DNA of 64,000 bases from Ramlibacter sp. Its GTDB lineage: Bacteria > Pseudomonadota > Gammaproteobacteria > Burkholderiales > Burkholderiaceae_C. Where the stretch lies: positions 23,034-87,033 of the forward strand of contig JAHBZN010000006.1 of the NCBI GenBank assembly GCA_019635415.1. Reading direction: 5' to 3'. Each line of letters opens with the position of its first letter. The stretch's first letter is position 1. A model generated the notes under the pieces. It was not told the DNA's origin and did no database searches. It saw nothing but the letters and a program-made list of their open reading frames with translations. Of this stretch, positions 1-8,974 are shown piece by piece. A program made the position numbers and the translations under genes.

Positions 1-1
1 C

Positions 2-3000
2 GGGCAGGTCCGCATCGGTGGCGACTATCGGGGCGCGAATGCGTCGGTTCCCAATGCCAAACGCACCTTCGTGGGCGAAGACGTGTCCATTCGTGCCGAT
101 GCGGGTACGGTGGGCGATGGCGGCCGGGTCATTGTCTGGTCCGATGAGGCCACCCGGCTGGGCGGCACGATCTCGGCGCGCGGGGGCGCGCAGGGCGGGA
201 ATGGCGGCTTTGCCGAAGTCTCAGGAAAGGACTACCTGAGCTACACCGGGCGCACCGACCTGCGGGCGCCCCACGGAGACACCGGAACGCTGCTTCTGGA
301 TCCCGCCAACATCACCATCCAGAACACCGGCCCCAGCACCACCAACTCCGCGACGCCCTCGTCGCCGCCCGGCACCTACGATTTCAGCGCGGGCATCTCC
401 GATGCCGTGCTCAGCGTGAGCGACCTGCAATCCCAGCTGGGTCTGGGCAACGTCCGGGTCAGCACGGCCGCTGGCGCCAGTGTGGGAGCCGGCGGGGGCC
501 TGATCACCGTGGCCGATCCGGTGGCCTGGTCGTCGGGGAACATCCTGTCGCTGGAGGCCGACAACGGCATTGCCATCAATGCGAACATCACCTCCACCTC
601 GGGCAGCATGGGCGCGCCCGGCGGAGGTCTCGTGCTGCATGCCTATGGGGGGGCCATCGTGCAGGACCCGTCCAGCGTCATCACGGTGGACCAGCTCATC
701 GTCAAGACCGAGGCCGGCAACGTCGCGATGAACAGCACCGGCAACCAGGTCAACACGCTGGCAGGCTACGCCTATGGCGGGGGCTTCAGCTTCAAGAGCG
801 CGGGGCCGCTGACCGTCGGTTCGGTTTATGACCCGCTGTCCAGCAGCTTCGTCAGTGGCGTGGCCAGCGACGGCGCCATGGCCGTGCATTCGGGCGGGAA
901 CCTGACGGTGGATGGTCCGATGGACTCCTCCTCGTCCGAAGTCCGGCTCCTGGCCGCAGGCGATCTGATCTTCACGAGCAATGGCAGCGCCAGCGGCCTG
1001 TCGGTGGTGGCGAGCGCGTTGCAGAACGTGCTGATGTCCTACAACTACATCTCGTCGGGCTCCGGGGGGATCGATATCAAGGCCGGTGGCAACGTGGACC
1101 TGGGCATTGGCACCCAGTTGTCGGCCATGGATGGTGGCAGCGTGTCCGTGAGCGCCAACGATGGTTCTTCGGTGGGCAGCGGCAGCATTCTGGGGTCCGC
1201 GCTGATCTGCACGGGTTCGTACAGCACGAACAGCGGCTCCGTGACCCTGCGCGCGCGGGGCACGGGCACCATCAGCGTGGACAGCGTCGACACCAGCGGC
1301 CAGGGTTCGGACGAAACCACGAACAACGGCTTCAACGGCGGGGCGGTGAATGTATCCACCGAAGGTGGGTCGATCGCCATCAATTACATCTCGACCTATG
1401 GCGCCAACGGCAATGCCGGTGGTGCTATGGGCGGCTCGGGCGGTGCGGTGAGCCTGGGCGCGGGGGCCGGAGCGATTTCGCTCACGCTGCTGGACACCGG
1501 GGGGGGCGGCGGCGGCTACGACTTCAGCAGCGGCCCGGGAGGCACCGGCGGGCAGGCCGGCAGCGTGACCCTGCAGACCAGCGGCACCCTCAACATCAGC
1601 AGCAGCATTTACGCCACGGGCGGCTGGGGGGGTGACAGCGGCACAGGAGCGGGCGGCGACGGGGGCAACGGCGGCGCGGTCAACCTGACCTTTGGCAATC
1701 TCAGCTACCTCGGCAACATCTACAGCAGCGGCGGCTATGGCGGCTATGGCGACACGGTGCAGTCGGGCGCCACACGCCACGGTGGCAATGGGGGCAACGT
1801 GACGCTGGTCGGCGTCGGGGGCGACATCAGCCTGTCCAACCTGAACGTGCATGCCTACGGCGGCGATGGCGGAGGCAAGAATTCCGCCGCTTCGGCCGAC
1901 AGCACGGGCGGCAACGGCGGGAACATCAGCGTGTCGGCGACGGCCGGCCATTTGCGTCTCGATGGCCTGCTGTACGCGGGCGGGGGCTACCCTGGGGAAA
2001 CCTGCAGCGAGTGCAGCGGCCCCGCAGTGGCCGGGCCTGCTCCTGTGGCCTCGCCACTGCCGGGCCACGGAACGGGCGGGTTGTTCTCCATCAGCGCGGG
2101 GCCGTCCAGTGTGGTGCGGATCGAGAACACGTTGTGGCTGGACGGCGCACGCTGGGAAAACTCCGGCGCGGTGGACATTGGCGGCAGTTCGGGCGGCAGC
2201 GTAGGCGGCACGGCCCAGGTGGTCAACCTGGCCGGTGGCGTGATCAAGCTGGTGGGCTCGGACGCTTACCCCATCGATGTTGAGGGCGGGTTCGAGAACT
2301 ACGGGTCCGTGATCAAGGCCGTGGGCAGCACCACGTACCAGGACATCTATTTCTTCTCGCACAACGAGGGCATGGTCCAGGTGGACGACGGGCAGCTCAG
2401 CCTGTCCGGGCTGACGGCGAATCACGGCACGCTGCAGCTCGCGGCGGGCACGACCGTGTTTGCCAACGAGCTCACGGACAACTACGGGACTCTCGCCATC
2501 AATGGCACGCTGAGCATTGACCGGACCATCACGGTCCTGACCAACCAGCCGGGGGGCCTGATCAAGGGCAACGGCCTGCTGTCCCTGTTGCAGGGCGAGG
2601 GCCTGGTATTCGGCACCCTGGTCAACTCCGGCACCATCGCACCTGGCAACTCCCCGGGCCTGCTGTCGTTTGGTTCCAATTTCACGCAGACCGCCAGCGG
2701 AACCCTGCAGATGGAAATCGGGGGGACCACGCCGGCCACGGAATATGACCAGTTGAACGTCAGTGGCGATACGGCGCTGGATGGGCAACTGGCCATCGTG
2801 GCTTATGGCCCCACACCGCCCAGCTCCGGGACGTTCAACATCCTGCCGGGGCCAAACGCGCCGACCGGGAGCTTCTCGACCCTGTCCACCCCCGCGGGCT
2901 TCACGGGGACCCTGCAGGCAGCGGGCGCCCCGGTCCCGGTGACGGCGCCGCCCCCGCCTGCGCCGCCGCCTCCGGCTCCTCCCCCGCCATCCCCACCGCC

Positions 3001-3367
3001 GCCAGCGCCGCCGCCTCCGGCACCCGAGCCGCCGCCCCCTCCGCCACCGCCTCCCCCGGCGCCGGAGCCGCCGCCGCCACCTCCCCCGGCACCGCCTCCG
3101 CCTGCTCCGCCGCCCCCGGCGCCGGAACCGCCGCCTCCGCCGCCGGCACCCGCGCCGGTGAGTGGTGGCACCGTGGTGGATCGCATCGTCGATGTGCTGC
3201 GCAACGACACCTCACGGGCCGAGATCCAGAACATCGTCAACGAGGTCGACAACAACCTCACGCGCTTTGTCTCGCTGCTGGTCACCGAGGAGTCGCGGCA
3301 GGCTGAGGAAAAGGCCAAGGACGAGAAAGAGAACCTCGGCGTCGTCGACGCGCAGCAGTGCAACTAG
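2..3367 (+). CDS. Filamentous-haemagglutinin (FhaB/TPS)-family large exoprotein, 5' end outside the window; Gly-rich beta-helix repeats, autotransporter-passenger-like motif, poly-Pro tract, short charged tail
   Basis: The frame is open from nt 2 (GQVRIGGDYRGANASVPNAKRTFVGEDV...). GGNGGFAEVSG...GTLLLDPANITIQ is the typical end of a TPS/haemagglutination-activity domain. It is followed by many GGxGGxG repeats, then NSGTIAPGNSPGLLSF...GTLQMEIGG...YDQLNVSG..ALDGQL, then about 70 aa of PAPPPP. Confidence 0.75.
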   Translation, partial: GQVRIGGDYRGANASVPNAKRTFVGEDVSIRADAGTVGDGGRVIVWSDEATRLGGTISARGGAQGGNGGFAEVSGKDYLSYTGRTDLRAPHGDTGTLLLDPANITIQNTGPSTTNSATPSSPPGTYDFSAGISDAVLSVSDLQSQLGLGNVRVSTAAGASVGAGGGLITVADPVAWSSGNILSLEADNGIAINANITSTSGSMGAPGGGLVLHAYGGAIVQDPSSVITVDQLIVKTEAGNVAMNSTGNQVNTLAGYAYGGGFSFKSAGPLTVGSVYDPLSSSFVSGVASDGAMAVHSGGNLTVDGPMDSSSSEVRLLAAGDLIFTSNGSASGLSVVASALQNVLMSYNYISSGSGGIDIKAGGNVDLGIGTQLSAMDGGSVSVSANDGSSVGSGSILGSALICTGSYSTNSGSVTLRARGTGTISVDSVDTSGQGSDETTNNGFNGGAVNVSTEGGSIAINYISTYGANGNAGGAMGGSGGAVSLGAGAGAISLTLLDTGGGGGGYDFSSGPGGTGGQAGSVTLQTSGTLNISSSIYATGGWGGDSGTGAGGDGGNGGAVNLTFGNLSYLGNIYSSGGYGGYGDTVQSGATRHGGNGGNVTLVGVGGDISLSNLNVHAYGGDGGGKNSAASADSTGGNGGNISVSATAGHLRLDGLLYAGGGYPGETCSECSGPAVAGPAPVASPLPGHGTGGLFSISAGPSSVVRIENTLWLDGARWENSGAVDIGGSSGGSVGGTAQVVNLAGGVIKLVGSDAYPIDVEGGFENYGSVIKAVGSTTYQDIYFFSHNEGMVQVDDGQLSLSGLTANHGTLQLAAGTTVFANELTDNYGTLAINGTLSIDRTITVLTNQPGGLIKGNGLLSLLQGEGLVFGTLVNSGTIAPGNSPGLLSFGSNFTQTASGTLQMEIGGTTPATEYDQLNVSGDTALDGQLAIVAYGPTPPSSGTFNILPGPNAPTGSFSTLSTPAGFTGTLQAAGAPVPVTAPPPPAPPPPAPPPPSPPPPAPPPPAPEPPPPPPPPPPAPEPPPPPPPAPPPPAPPPPAPEPPPPPPAPAPVSGGTVVDRIVDVLRNDTSRAEIQNIVNEVDNNLTRFVSLLVTEESRQAEEKAKDEKENLGVVDAQQCN
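2944..3156 (+). repeat. Imperfect tandem coding repeat (ccgccgcc(t/c)ccggc...) encoding a (P-A/S/E-P4-10)n poly-proline tract
   Basis: Direct reading of the translation: PPPPAPPPPAPPPPSPPPPAPPPPAPEPPPPPPPPPPAPEPPPPPPPAPPPPAPPPPAPEPPPPPPAPAP. Confidence 0.85.
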
Positions 3368-3388
3368 GGCTGTCCAGGCCCTGTTGAA

Positions 3389-4882
3389 TTAGAAGCGCGG
3401 CAGGTCAGGATGGCTGATCTGCCCGGCGCGCACCAGCATGCGGCCGTATTCGGCGCAGCGGTTGAGCGTGGGAATGACCTTGCCCGGGTTGAGCAGGCCT
3501 TTCGGATCGAAGGCGCGCTTGACGCCGAACATCTGCTCGTTTTCATCGGCGCTGAACTGCACGCACATGCTGTTGAGCTTCTCGATGCCCACGCCATGCT
3601 CGCCGGTCACCGTGCCCCCCATGGCCACGCTGGTTTCCAGGATCTCGGCGCCGAACTGCTCGCAGCGGTGCAGCTGATCGGCGTCGTTGGCGTCGAACAG
3701 GATCAACGGGTGCAGGTTGCCGTCGCCCGCATGGAACACGTTGGCGCAGCGTAGCTGGTACTTTTGCTCCATCTGCTGGATCGCGAGCAGGATGTCGGCG
3801 AGCCGCTTGCGCGGGATGGTCGAGTCCATGCACATGTAGTCGGGGCTGATGCGCCCGCTGGCGGGGAAGGCGTTCTTGCGGCCGCTCCAGAACCGCAGGC
3901 GCTCGGCCTCGTCGCGGCTCACGGCGATCGCGGTGGCGCCGGCGTCGCGCAGCACGGCGCTCATGCGGCCGATTTCCTCCTCGACCTCTTCCGGCGTGCC
4001 GTCGCTCTCGCACAGCAGGATGGCCTGCGCGGTGAGGTCGTAGCCGGCGTGCACGAAGTCTTCCACGGCGGCGGTCATGGGCTTGTCCATCATCTCCAGG
4101 CCCGCCGGGATGATGCCGGCGGCGATGACGGCCGCCACGGCATCACCCGCCTTGCGCACGTCGTCGAAGCTGGCCATGATGCAGCGCGCCAGCAGCGGCT
4201 TGGGCACCAGTTTGACCGTCACTTCCGTGGTGACCGCCAGCATGCCTTCGCTGCCGATCACCAGCGGCAGCAGGTCGAGCCCGGGGGCATCGGGCGCGTC
4301 GCCGCCGAACTCGACGGGTTCGCCTTCCATGGTGAAGCCCTTGACCTTGAGCACGTTGTGCAGCGTCATGCCGTACTTGAGGCAGTGCACGCCGCCCGAG
4401 TTCTCGGCCACATTGCCGCCAATCGTGCAGGCGATCTGGCTGGAGGGGTCTGGCGCGTAGTACAGGCCCAGCGGTGCGGCGGCCTCGCTGATGGCCAGGT
4501 TGCGCACGCCGCATTGCACCACGGCCGTGCGGCTGAAAGCGTCGAGCCGCAGAATCCGGTTGAACTTGGCCAGCGACAGGGTCACGCCCCTCTCGTGCGG
4601 CATGGCGCCGCCGCTCAGGCCGGTGCCGGCGCCACGCGCCACCACCGGCACCGCCAGTGCATGGCAGGCCTTGAGCACGGCCTGCACCTGGGCGTCGGTC
4701 TCGGGCAGCGCCACCACCAGCGGCCGCTGGCGGTAGGCAGTGAGGCCGTCGCATTCGTAGGGGACCGTGTCCTCGCTGTGCCACAGCAGGGCGTGCGCGG
4801 GCAGCACGCCCTGCAGCGCGCGCACCACGGCGCCCTGACGTTCTGCGCGGTCAAGCATTTGCGGGTCGGTGGAAGCATTCAT
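3389..4882 (-). CDS. glcD: FAD-linked oxidase, glycolate oxidase subunit GlcD-like
   Basis: 497 aa. Contains PYECDGLTAYRQRPLVVALP...VVARGAGTGLSGGAMP and a C-terminal FAD-oxidase domain (HAGDGNLHP, GEHGVG), as in GlcD. No glcE or glcF lies downstream. Confidence 0.8.
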   Translation of the reverse strand: MNASTDPQMLDRAERQGAVVRALQGVLPAHALLWHSEDTVPYECDGLTAYRQRPLVVALPETDAQVQAVLKACHALAVPVVARGAGTGLSGGAMPHERGVTLSLAKFNRILRLDAFSRTAVVQCGVRNLAISEAAAPLGLYYAPDPSSQIACTIGGNVAENSGGVHCLKYGMTLHNVLKVKGFTMEGEPVEFGGDAPDAPGLDLLPLVIGSEGMLAVTTEVTVKLVPKPLLARCIMASFDDVRKAGDAVAAVIAAGIIPAGLEMMDKPMTAAVEDFVHAGYDLTAQAILLCESDGTPEEVEEEIGRMSAVLRDAGATAIAVSRDEAERLRFWSGRKNAFPASGRISPDYMCMDSTIPRKRLADILLAIQQMEQKYQLRCANVFHAGDGNLHPLILFDANDADQLHRCEQFGAEILETSVAMGGTVTGEHGVGIEKLNSMCVQFSADENEQMFGVKRAFDPKGLLNPGKVIPTLNRCAEYGRMLVRAGQISHPDLPRF

Positions 4883-5033
4883 GCGAGGTACCTCAGCGCT
4901 GCGGATTCATCGAATGCCCCGTCGCCACCGGGGTCGCGGCGGGGCGGAAGGCCGTTGTCTTCATGGCCTCCCACTGTAGGGCAAGCCCGCGTCGGCTGCC
5001 GTGAGGAATTTTCAGTGAGCGCTGAAAACCGAT

Positions 5034-5097
5034 TCTGCTACCGATTTGATAGCTGATAGTGGCCAGCTGGCAAGGGCTACAGCCTGATTTGATGCCT
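5034..5097 (+). repeat. Dispersed ~60-70 bp repeat, copy a (intergenic, upstream of glcD). Hairpin arm GCTAnC-N5-GnTAGC followed by GGCC..CTGGCAAGGGCTRCAGCC
   Basis: tctgctaccgatttgatagctgatagtggccagctggcaagggctacagcctgatttg. By hand alignment, 42 of 56 ungapped positions match the reverse complement of copy f. Confidence 0.65.
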
Positions 5098-5104
5098 GAT
5101 CCGT

Positions 5105-5974
5105 TCAGACCATGCTTTTCTTGAGCCAGTCGGCGAAGGCCGCGCACTCCCAGCGCTCCATGGCGCCGGCGCGCCAGCACAGGTAGTGGGCGTGCGGGCT
5201 GGGCACGTTGCGCTGCGAGATGCGCTCGAGCGTTCCGTTGTCCAGCCACGGCGCGCCGAGCTTCAGGCGGACCAGCGCGATGCCCAGGCCCTGCGCAGCG
5301 GCGTCGCACATCAGGCCGATGTCGTTGAAGCTGGAGCCCTCGCCGGGTTCGCCCGCGTCCACCCCGTGCGCGAGGAACCAGGTGCGCCAGGGCTCCAGCG
5401 GGCTCTTGATGAGCTTGGCGGCGAGCAGCTCTTCCACCGTGTCGAATGGCCCGTTCTCGCGCAGGTACAGCGGCGAGGCCAGAGGGGTGACCTCGTCGGT
5501 CATCAGGCACAGGTGCTCGACGTCGGCGTAGCGGCCGGTGCCGAAGCGGATCATCAGGTCGGCGTCCTCGGCCACCACGTCCAGCAGCGGGATGCTCACC
5601 TGCAGCGTGAGATCGATCTCGGGGTAGGCCTCGATGAAGCCACGCAGCCGCGGCATCAGGATGGAGCGGGAGAACGTGGGCGTGACCGCCACGCGCAGCT
5701 TGCGCTTGCCCGGCCCGCCGTCGCGCCCGGGGAAGCGGCCCAGCACCTGCAGGCCCTCGCGCACATGGGCGAGGTACTCGCTGCCTTCGGTGGTGAGGGA
5801 AAAGTCGGCCCGGCCGAACAGCTTGGTGCCGATGATCTGCTCCAGCTGCCGGACGCGGTGGCTGACCGCGCTGGGCGTGACGTTGAGCTCGTCCGCCGTC
5901 TGCGTCACGCTGCGCAGGCGCGCCAGGGCCTCGAACGTCAGCAGGCACTGGATCGGCGGAATGCGCGCGGTCAT
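5105..5974 (-). CDS. LysR-family transcriptional regulator (GcvA-like)
   Basis: N-terminal wHTH (LLTFEALARLRSVTQTADELNVTPSAVSHRVRQLE) plus a LysR substrate-binding domain. 289 aa. Confidence 0.9.
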   Translation of the reverse strand: MTARIPPIQCLLTFEALARLRSVTQTADELNVTPSAVSHRVRQLEQIIGTKLFGRADFSLTTEGSEYLAHVREGLQVLGRFPGRDGGPGKRKLRVAVTPTFSRSILMPRLRGFIEAYPEIDLTLQVSIPLLDVVAEDADLMIRFGTGRYADVEHLCLMTDEVTPLASPLYLRENGPFDTVEELLAAKLIKSPLEPWRTWFLAHGVDAGEPGEGSSFNDIGLMCDAAAQGLGIALVRLKLGAPWLDNGTLERISQRNVPSPHAHYLCWRAGAMERWECAAFADWLKKSMV

Positions 5975-5975
5975 G

Positions 5976-6824
5976 TCATTTGAAGATCACGGTCTTGTGC
6001 CCGTTCAGCAGCACGCGATGCTCGCTGTGCCACTTCACCGCGCGGGCCAGCACCTGGCTCTCGGTGTCGCGGCCCATGGCGGTCAGGTCTTCCACGGTCT
6101 TGCTGTGGTCGGCGCGGGCCACGTCCTGCTCGATGATGGGGCCTTCGTCGAGGTCGGCCGTCACGTAGTGGGCGGTGGCGCCGATCAGCTTCACGCCGCG
6201 GTCGTGCGCCTGGTAGTACGGCTTGGCGCCCTTGAAGCTGGGCAGGAAGCTGTGGTGAATGTTGATCGCGCGGCCGGCCAGCTTGCGGCACAGGTCGTCG
6301 CTGAGCACCTGCATGTAGCGCGCCAGCACCACCAGCTCGGCGCCTTCGGCCTCGATGATCTCGAACTGCCTGGCCTCGGCCTGGGGCTTGGTGGCCGCGG
6401 TGACCGGGATGTGGTGAAACGGCACGTTGTAGCTGGCCGCGAGCTGGTAGAACTCGCGGTGGTTGCTGACGATGGCCGCGATCTGCACCGGCAGCAGGCC
6501 CGACTTCCAGCGGAACAGCAGGTCGTTCAGGCAATGCCCTTCCTTGCTCACCATGATGACGGTCTTCATGGGCTGGGTGGTGGCGTGCAGCTTCCAGTCC
6601 ATCCTGAAGGCCTCGGCAAACAGGCGCAGCTGCAGCTTCAGGTCTTCAAAGGTGAGCTGGTCGCAGGCGAACTGCACGCGCATGAAGAACAGGCCCGTGT
6701 CGTGGTCGTTGTACTGCGCGGCTTCCTCGATGTTGCCGCCGCGCTCCAGCAGGAAGCCGGATACCGCGTGCACGATGCCCGGCCGGTCGGGACACGAAAG
6801 CGTCAGGATATAAGCGTGATTCAT
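5976..6824 (-). CDS. purU: Formyltetrahydrofolate deformylase
   Basis: ACT domain (YILTLSCPDRPGIVHAVSGFLLERGGNI) plus a formyl-transferase domain (HHSFLPSFKGAKPY). I chose the internal ATG at 6824; the N-terminal extension in the ORF track is unlikely. Confidence 0.9.
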   Translation of the reverse strand: MNHAYILTLSCPDRPGIVHAVSGFLLERGGNIEEAAQYNDHDTGLFFMRVQFACDQLTFEDLKLQLRLFAEAFRMDWKLHATTQPMKTVIMVSKEGHCLNDLLFRWKSGLLPVQIAAIVSNHREFYQLAASYNVPFHHIPVTAATKPQAEARQFEIIEAEGAELVVLARYMQVLSDDLCRKLAGRAINIHHSFLPSFKGAKPYYQAHDRGVKLIGATAHYVTADLDEGPIIEQDVARADHSKTVEDLTAMGRDTESQVLARAVKWHSEHRVLLNGHKTVIFK

Positions 6825-6918
6825 ACAGGCTGAATTGTCGCAGGACGCCGCCATGGCCAGCGCGCACGGGGGGTTCGGTGCCAAAATCGGTGCCCGGCAC
6901 GACATGCAGGAGACCGCC

Positions 6919-8253
6919 ATGGCCTACAACGATTTCAACATGGACAACCACTGGTTGCCCTTCACCCCCAACCGCCACTTCCGCAAGGACCCCCGGGTGT
7001 TCGTGGCGGCCGACGGCATGCACTTCACCACGCACGACGGCCGCCAGGTGGTCGACGGGATTTCCAGCCTCTGGTGCGTCGGCGCGGGCCACAACCGCCG
7101 GCCGATCAACGAGGCCATCAAGCGCCAGCTCGACACGCTGGACTACGCCACGGCGTTCCAGGCCAGCAACGACAAGGCCTTCAAGGCCGCTGAAATGATC
7201 GCGGCCATGGCGCCGGGCGACCTCAACAAGGTGCTGTTCTGCAACTCGGGCTCCGAGGCCGCCGACACCTCGCTCAAGGTGGCGCTGGCCTACCACCGCG
7301 CGCGCGGCGAGGGCCACCGCAACATCTTCATCGGGCGCGAGAAGGGCTACCACGGCGTGGGCTTCGGCGGCATGAGCGTGGGCGGCATTCCCGCCAACCG
7401 CAAGGTGTTCGGCACGGCGCTGCTGCCGCGCGTGGACCACCTGCGTTTCATCCACGACCCGGTGAACCACGCCTACATCCACAACCAGGAGCCGGTCTGG
7501 CAGGAGGACCTGCTGCTCGAGCTCGAGAACCGCATCCTGCCGCTGCACGACCCCTCGAACGTGGCCGCCATCATTGTCGAGCCGGTGGCCGGCAGCGCCG
7601 GCTGGTACCTGCCGCCCAAGGGTTACCTGCAGCGCCTGCGCGAGATCTGCGACAAGCACGGCATCCTGCTGATTTTTGACGAAGTCATCACGGGCTTTGG
7701 CCGCCTGGGCACGAACTTCGGCGCCGACTACTACGGTGTGGTGCCCGACATGCTCAATTTCGCCAAGGCCGTGACCAACGGCGTGATCCCGCTGGGCGGC
7801 GTGATCTGCCGCGACAAGCTCTACGATGCCATGATGAACACCGGCGCGCCCGAGCACGTGGTGGAGTTTTTCCACGGCTACACCTACTCGGGCCACCCGG
7901 TGGCCTGTGCCGCCGCGATCGCCACGCTTGAGCTATTCAGGCAGGAAAACCTGTTCGAGCGCGCCGGCCAGATGGGCCAGGTGCTGGGCGACGCCTTCCA
8001 CAGCACCCTCAAGGGCCTGCCCAATGTGGTGGGCATCCGCAGCCTGGGGCTGGCCGCCGCGGTGGAGCTGGCGCCGATCGCCGGGACCCCGGGCAAGCGC
8101 GCCTACGACATCTTCCTGGACTGCTTCCACCAGGGCGTGCTGGTGCGTCCGGCGGGTGACGTGGTGGTGGTGGCGCCGCCCTTCATCGTGGAGAAGGCAC
8201 ACATCGACCAGATCGTCAGCACGCTGGCCGGCAGCATCAGGAAGAACGCCTGA
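6919..8253 (+). CDS. Class-III (omega) aminotransferase, beta-alanine/omega-amino acid--pyruvate transaminase-like
   Basis: PLP fold-type I class III motifs (GSEA, FDEVITGFGRLG, KAVTNG). AGGAG precedes the ATG at 6919. Confidence 0.88.
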   Translation: MAYNDFNMDNHWLPFTPNRHFRKDPRVFVAADGMHFTTHDGRQVVDGISSLWCVGAGHNRRPINEAIKRQLDTLDYATAFQASNDKAFKAAEMIAAMAPGDLNKVLFCNSGSEAADTSLKVALAYHRARGEGHRNIFIGREKGYHGVGFGGMSVGGIPANRKVFGTALLPRVDHLRFIHDPVNHAYIHNQEPVWQEDLLLELENRILPLHDPSNVAAIIVEPVAGSAGWYLPPKGYLQRLREICDKHGILLIFDEVITGFGRLGTNFGADYYGVVPDMLNFAKAVTNGVIPLGGVICRDKLYDAMMNTGAPEHVVEFFHGYTYSGHPVACAAAIATLELFRQENLFERAGQMGQVLGDAFHSTLKGLPNVVGIRSLGLAAAVELAPIAGTPGKRAYDIFLDCFHQGVLVRPAGDVVVVAPPFIVEKAHIDQIVSTLAGSIRKNA

Positions 8254-8974
8254 AGTCCCGGCAGTAATCCTTGCCCGTGGCCACGGGCGGCAGCACCACG
8301 GGCGCCACCCTGAGGGCGGCCGGCAGGTGCCGGGGCACGCCCAGGTCAGGCGCCACATGGCCGGCGCCGGCCAGCAGCAGCACGGTCTGCCCGGGCTGCA
8401 GCGCCCCCGCCACCGTGCGGGCCATGGCCTGGTCGCGCCCGACCTGCACGCGTGTCATCGGCCCGATCTGGCTTTCCGGCAGGGCCCCGCAATGGCCGAG
8501 CCGGATGGCCTGTTGCTGGGCCTTGAGCGCCGGGCCCGGCAACTGCCGGTCCAGCGTGGTGTCGGCCATGGCTTCACGCATCCGGCTGCGCGGCAGGTTG
8601 CCCCCGAGCACCGGAACGCCCGCGCGCACGGCGGCCATCACGGCCGGGCCATAGGCCGCCCAAGGCCAGGCACGGTCGTCCCATTGCAGGGCGGTGCGGA
8701 CCGAGGCTTCGCCGGCGTCACGCGGCAGCCCCGCCGTGCTGTGGCCCTGCTCGGCCATTTCCACCACCACGGCGGCCAGGGCGCCGCGGCGGGTCAGCGC
8801 TTCGATCACCTGGCGGTGCATGCGCTGGTGGCTCGCGGCATCGTGCTGCTCCCCGAGCAGCACCGCGTCGACGGGCATCAGGCCGTCGACGCGGCCGACG
8901 ATGTCCGGCCCCGCCGAAAACGAGGCGCAGGAGGCCAGCCAAATCGCCAGCCCGGCAGTGACCAGTGAGCGCAT
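8237..8974 (-). CDS. ChaN-family (DUF399, haem-binding/Tiki-like) lipoprotein
   Basis: Lipobox LASC, then VLLGEQHD...HQ...; 245 aa. Family assigned from memory of ChaN-like proteins. Confidence 0.6.
   Translation of the reverse strand: MRSLVTAGLAIWLASCASFSAGPDIVGRVDGLMPVDAVLLGEQHDAASHQRMHRQVIEALTRRGALAAVVVEMAEQGHSTAGLPRDAGEASVRTALQWDDRAWPWAAYGPAVMAAVRAGVPVLGGNLPRSRMREAMADTTLDRQLPGPALKAQQQAIRLGHCGALPESQIGPMTRVQVGRDQAMARTVAGALQPGQTVLLLAGAGHVAPDLGVPRHLPAALRVAPVVLPPVATGKDYCRDFRRSS

Noticed and set aside
221-2788. Very long antisense or alternative-frame ORFs in the six-frame track. Examples: 221..2788(-), 22613..24955(-), 25967..28105(-), 34349..36928(-), 40513..42834(+), 42611..46060(- , 1149 aa), 17245..19281(+).
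   Set aside because: They overlap strongly recognisable genes on the other strand or frame. Their translations are Arg/Ala/Gly/Pro-rich low-complexity sequence with no family resemblance, which is typical of stop-codon depletion in GC-rich DNA.
6825-6918. Checked the purU leader for a ZTP (pfl) riboswitch, which often precedes folate and purine genes in Burkholderiales.
   Set aside because: The conserved CCGCCTGGGC pseudoknot element and the GGGTCGTGAC-like core are both absent on the relevant strand.
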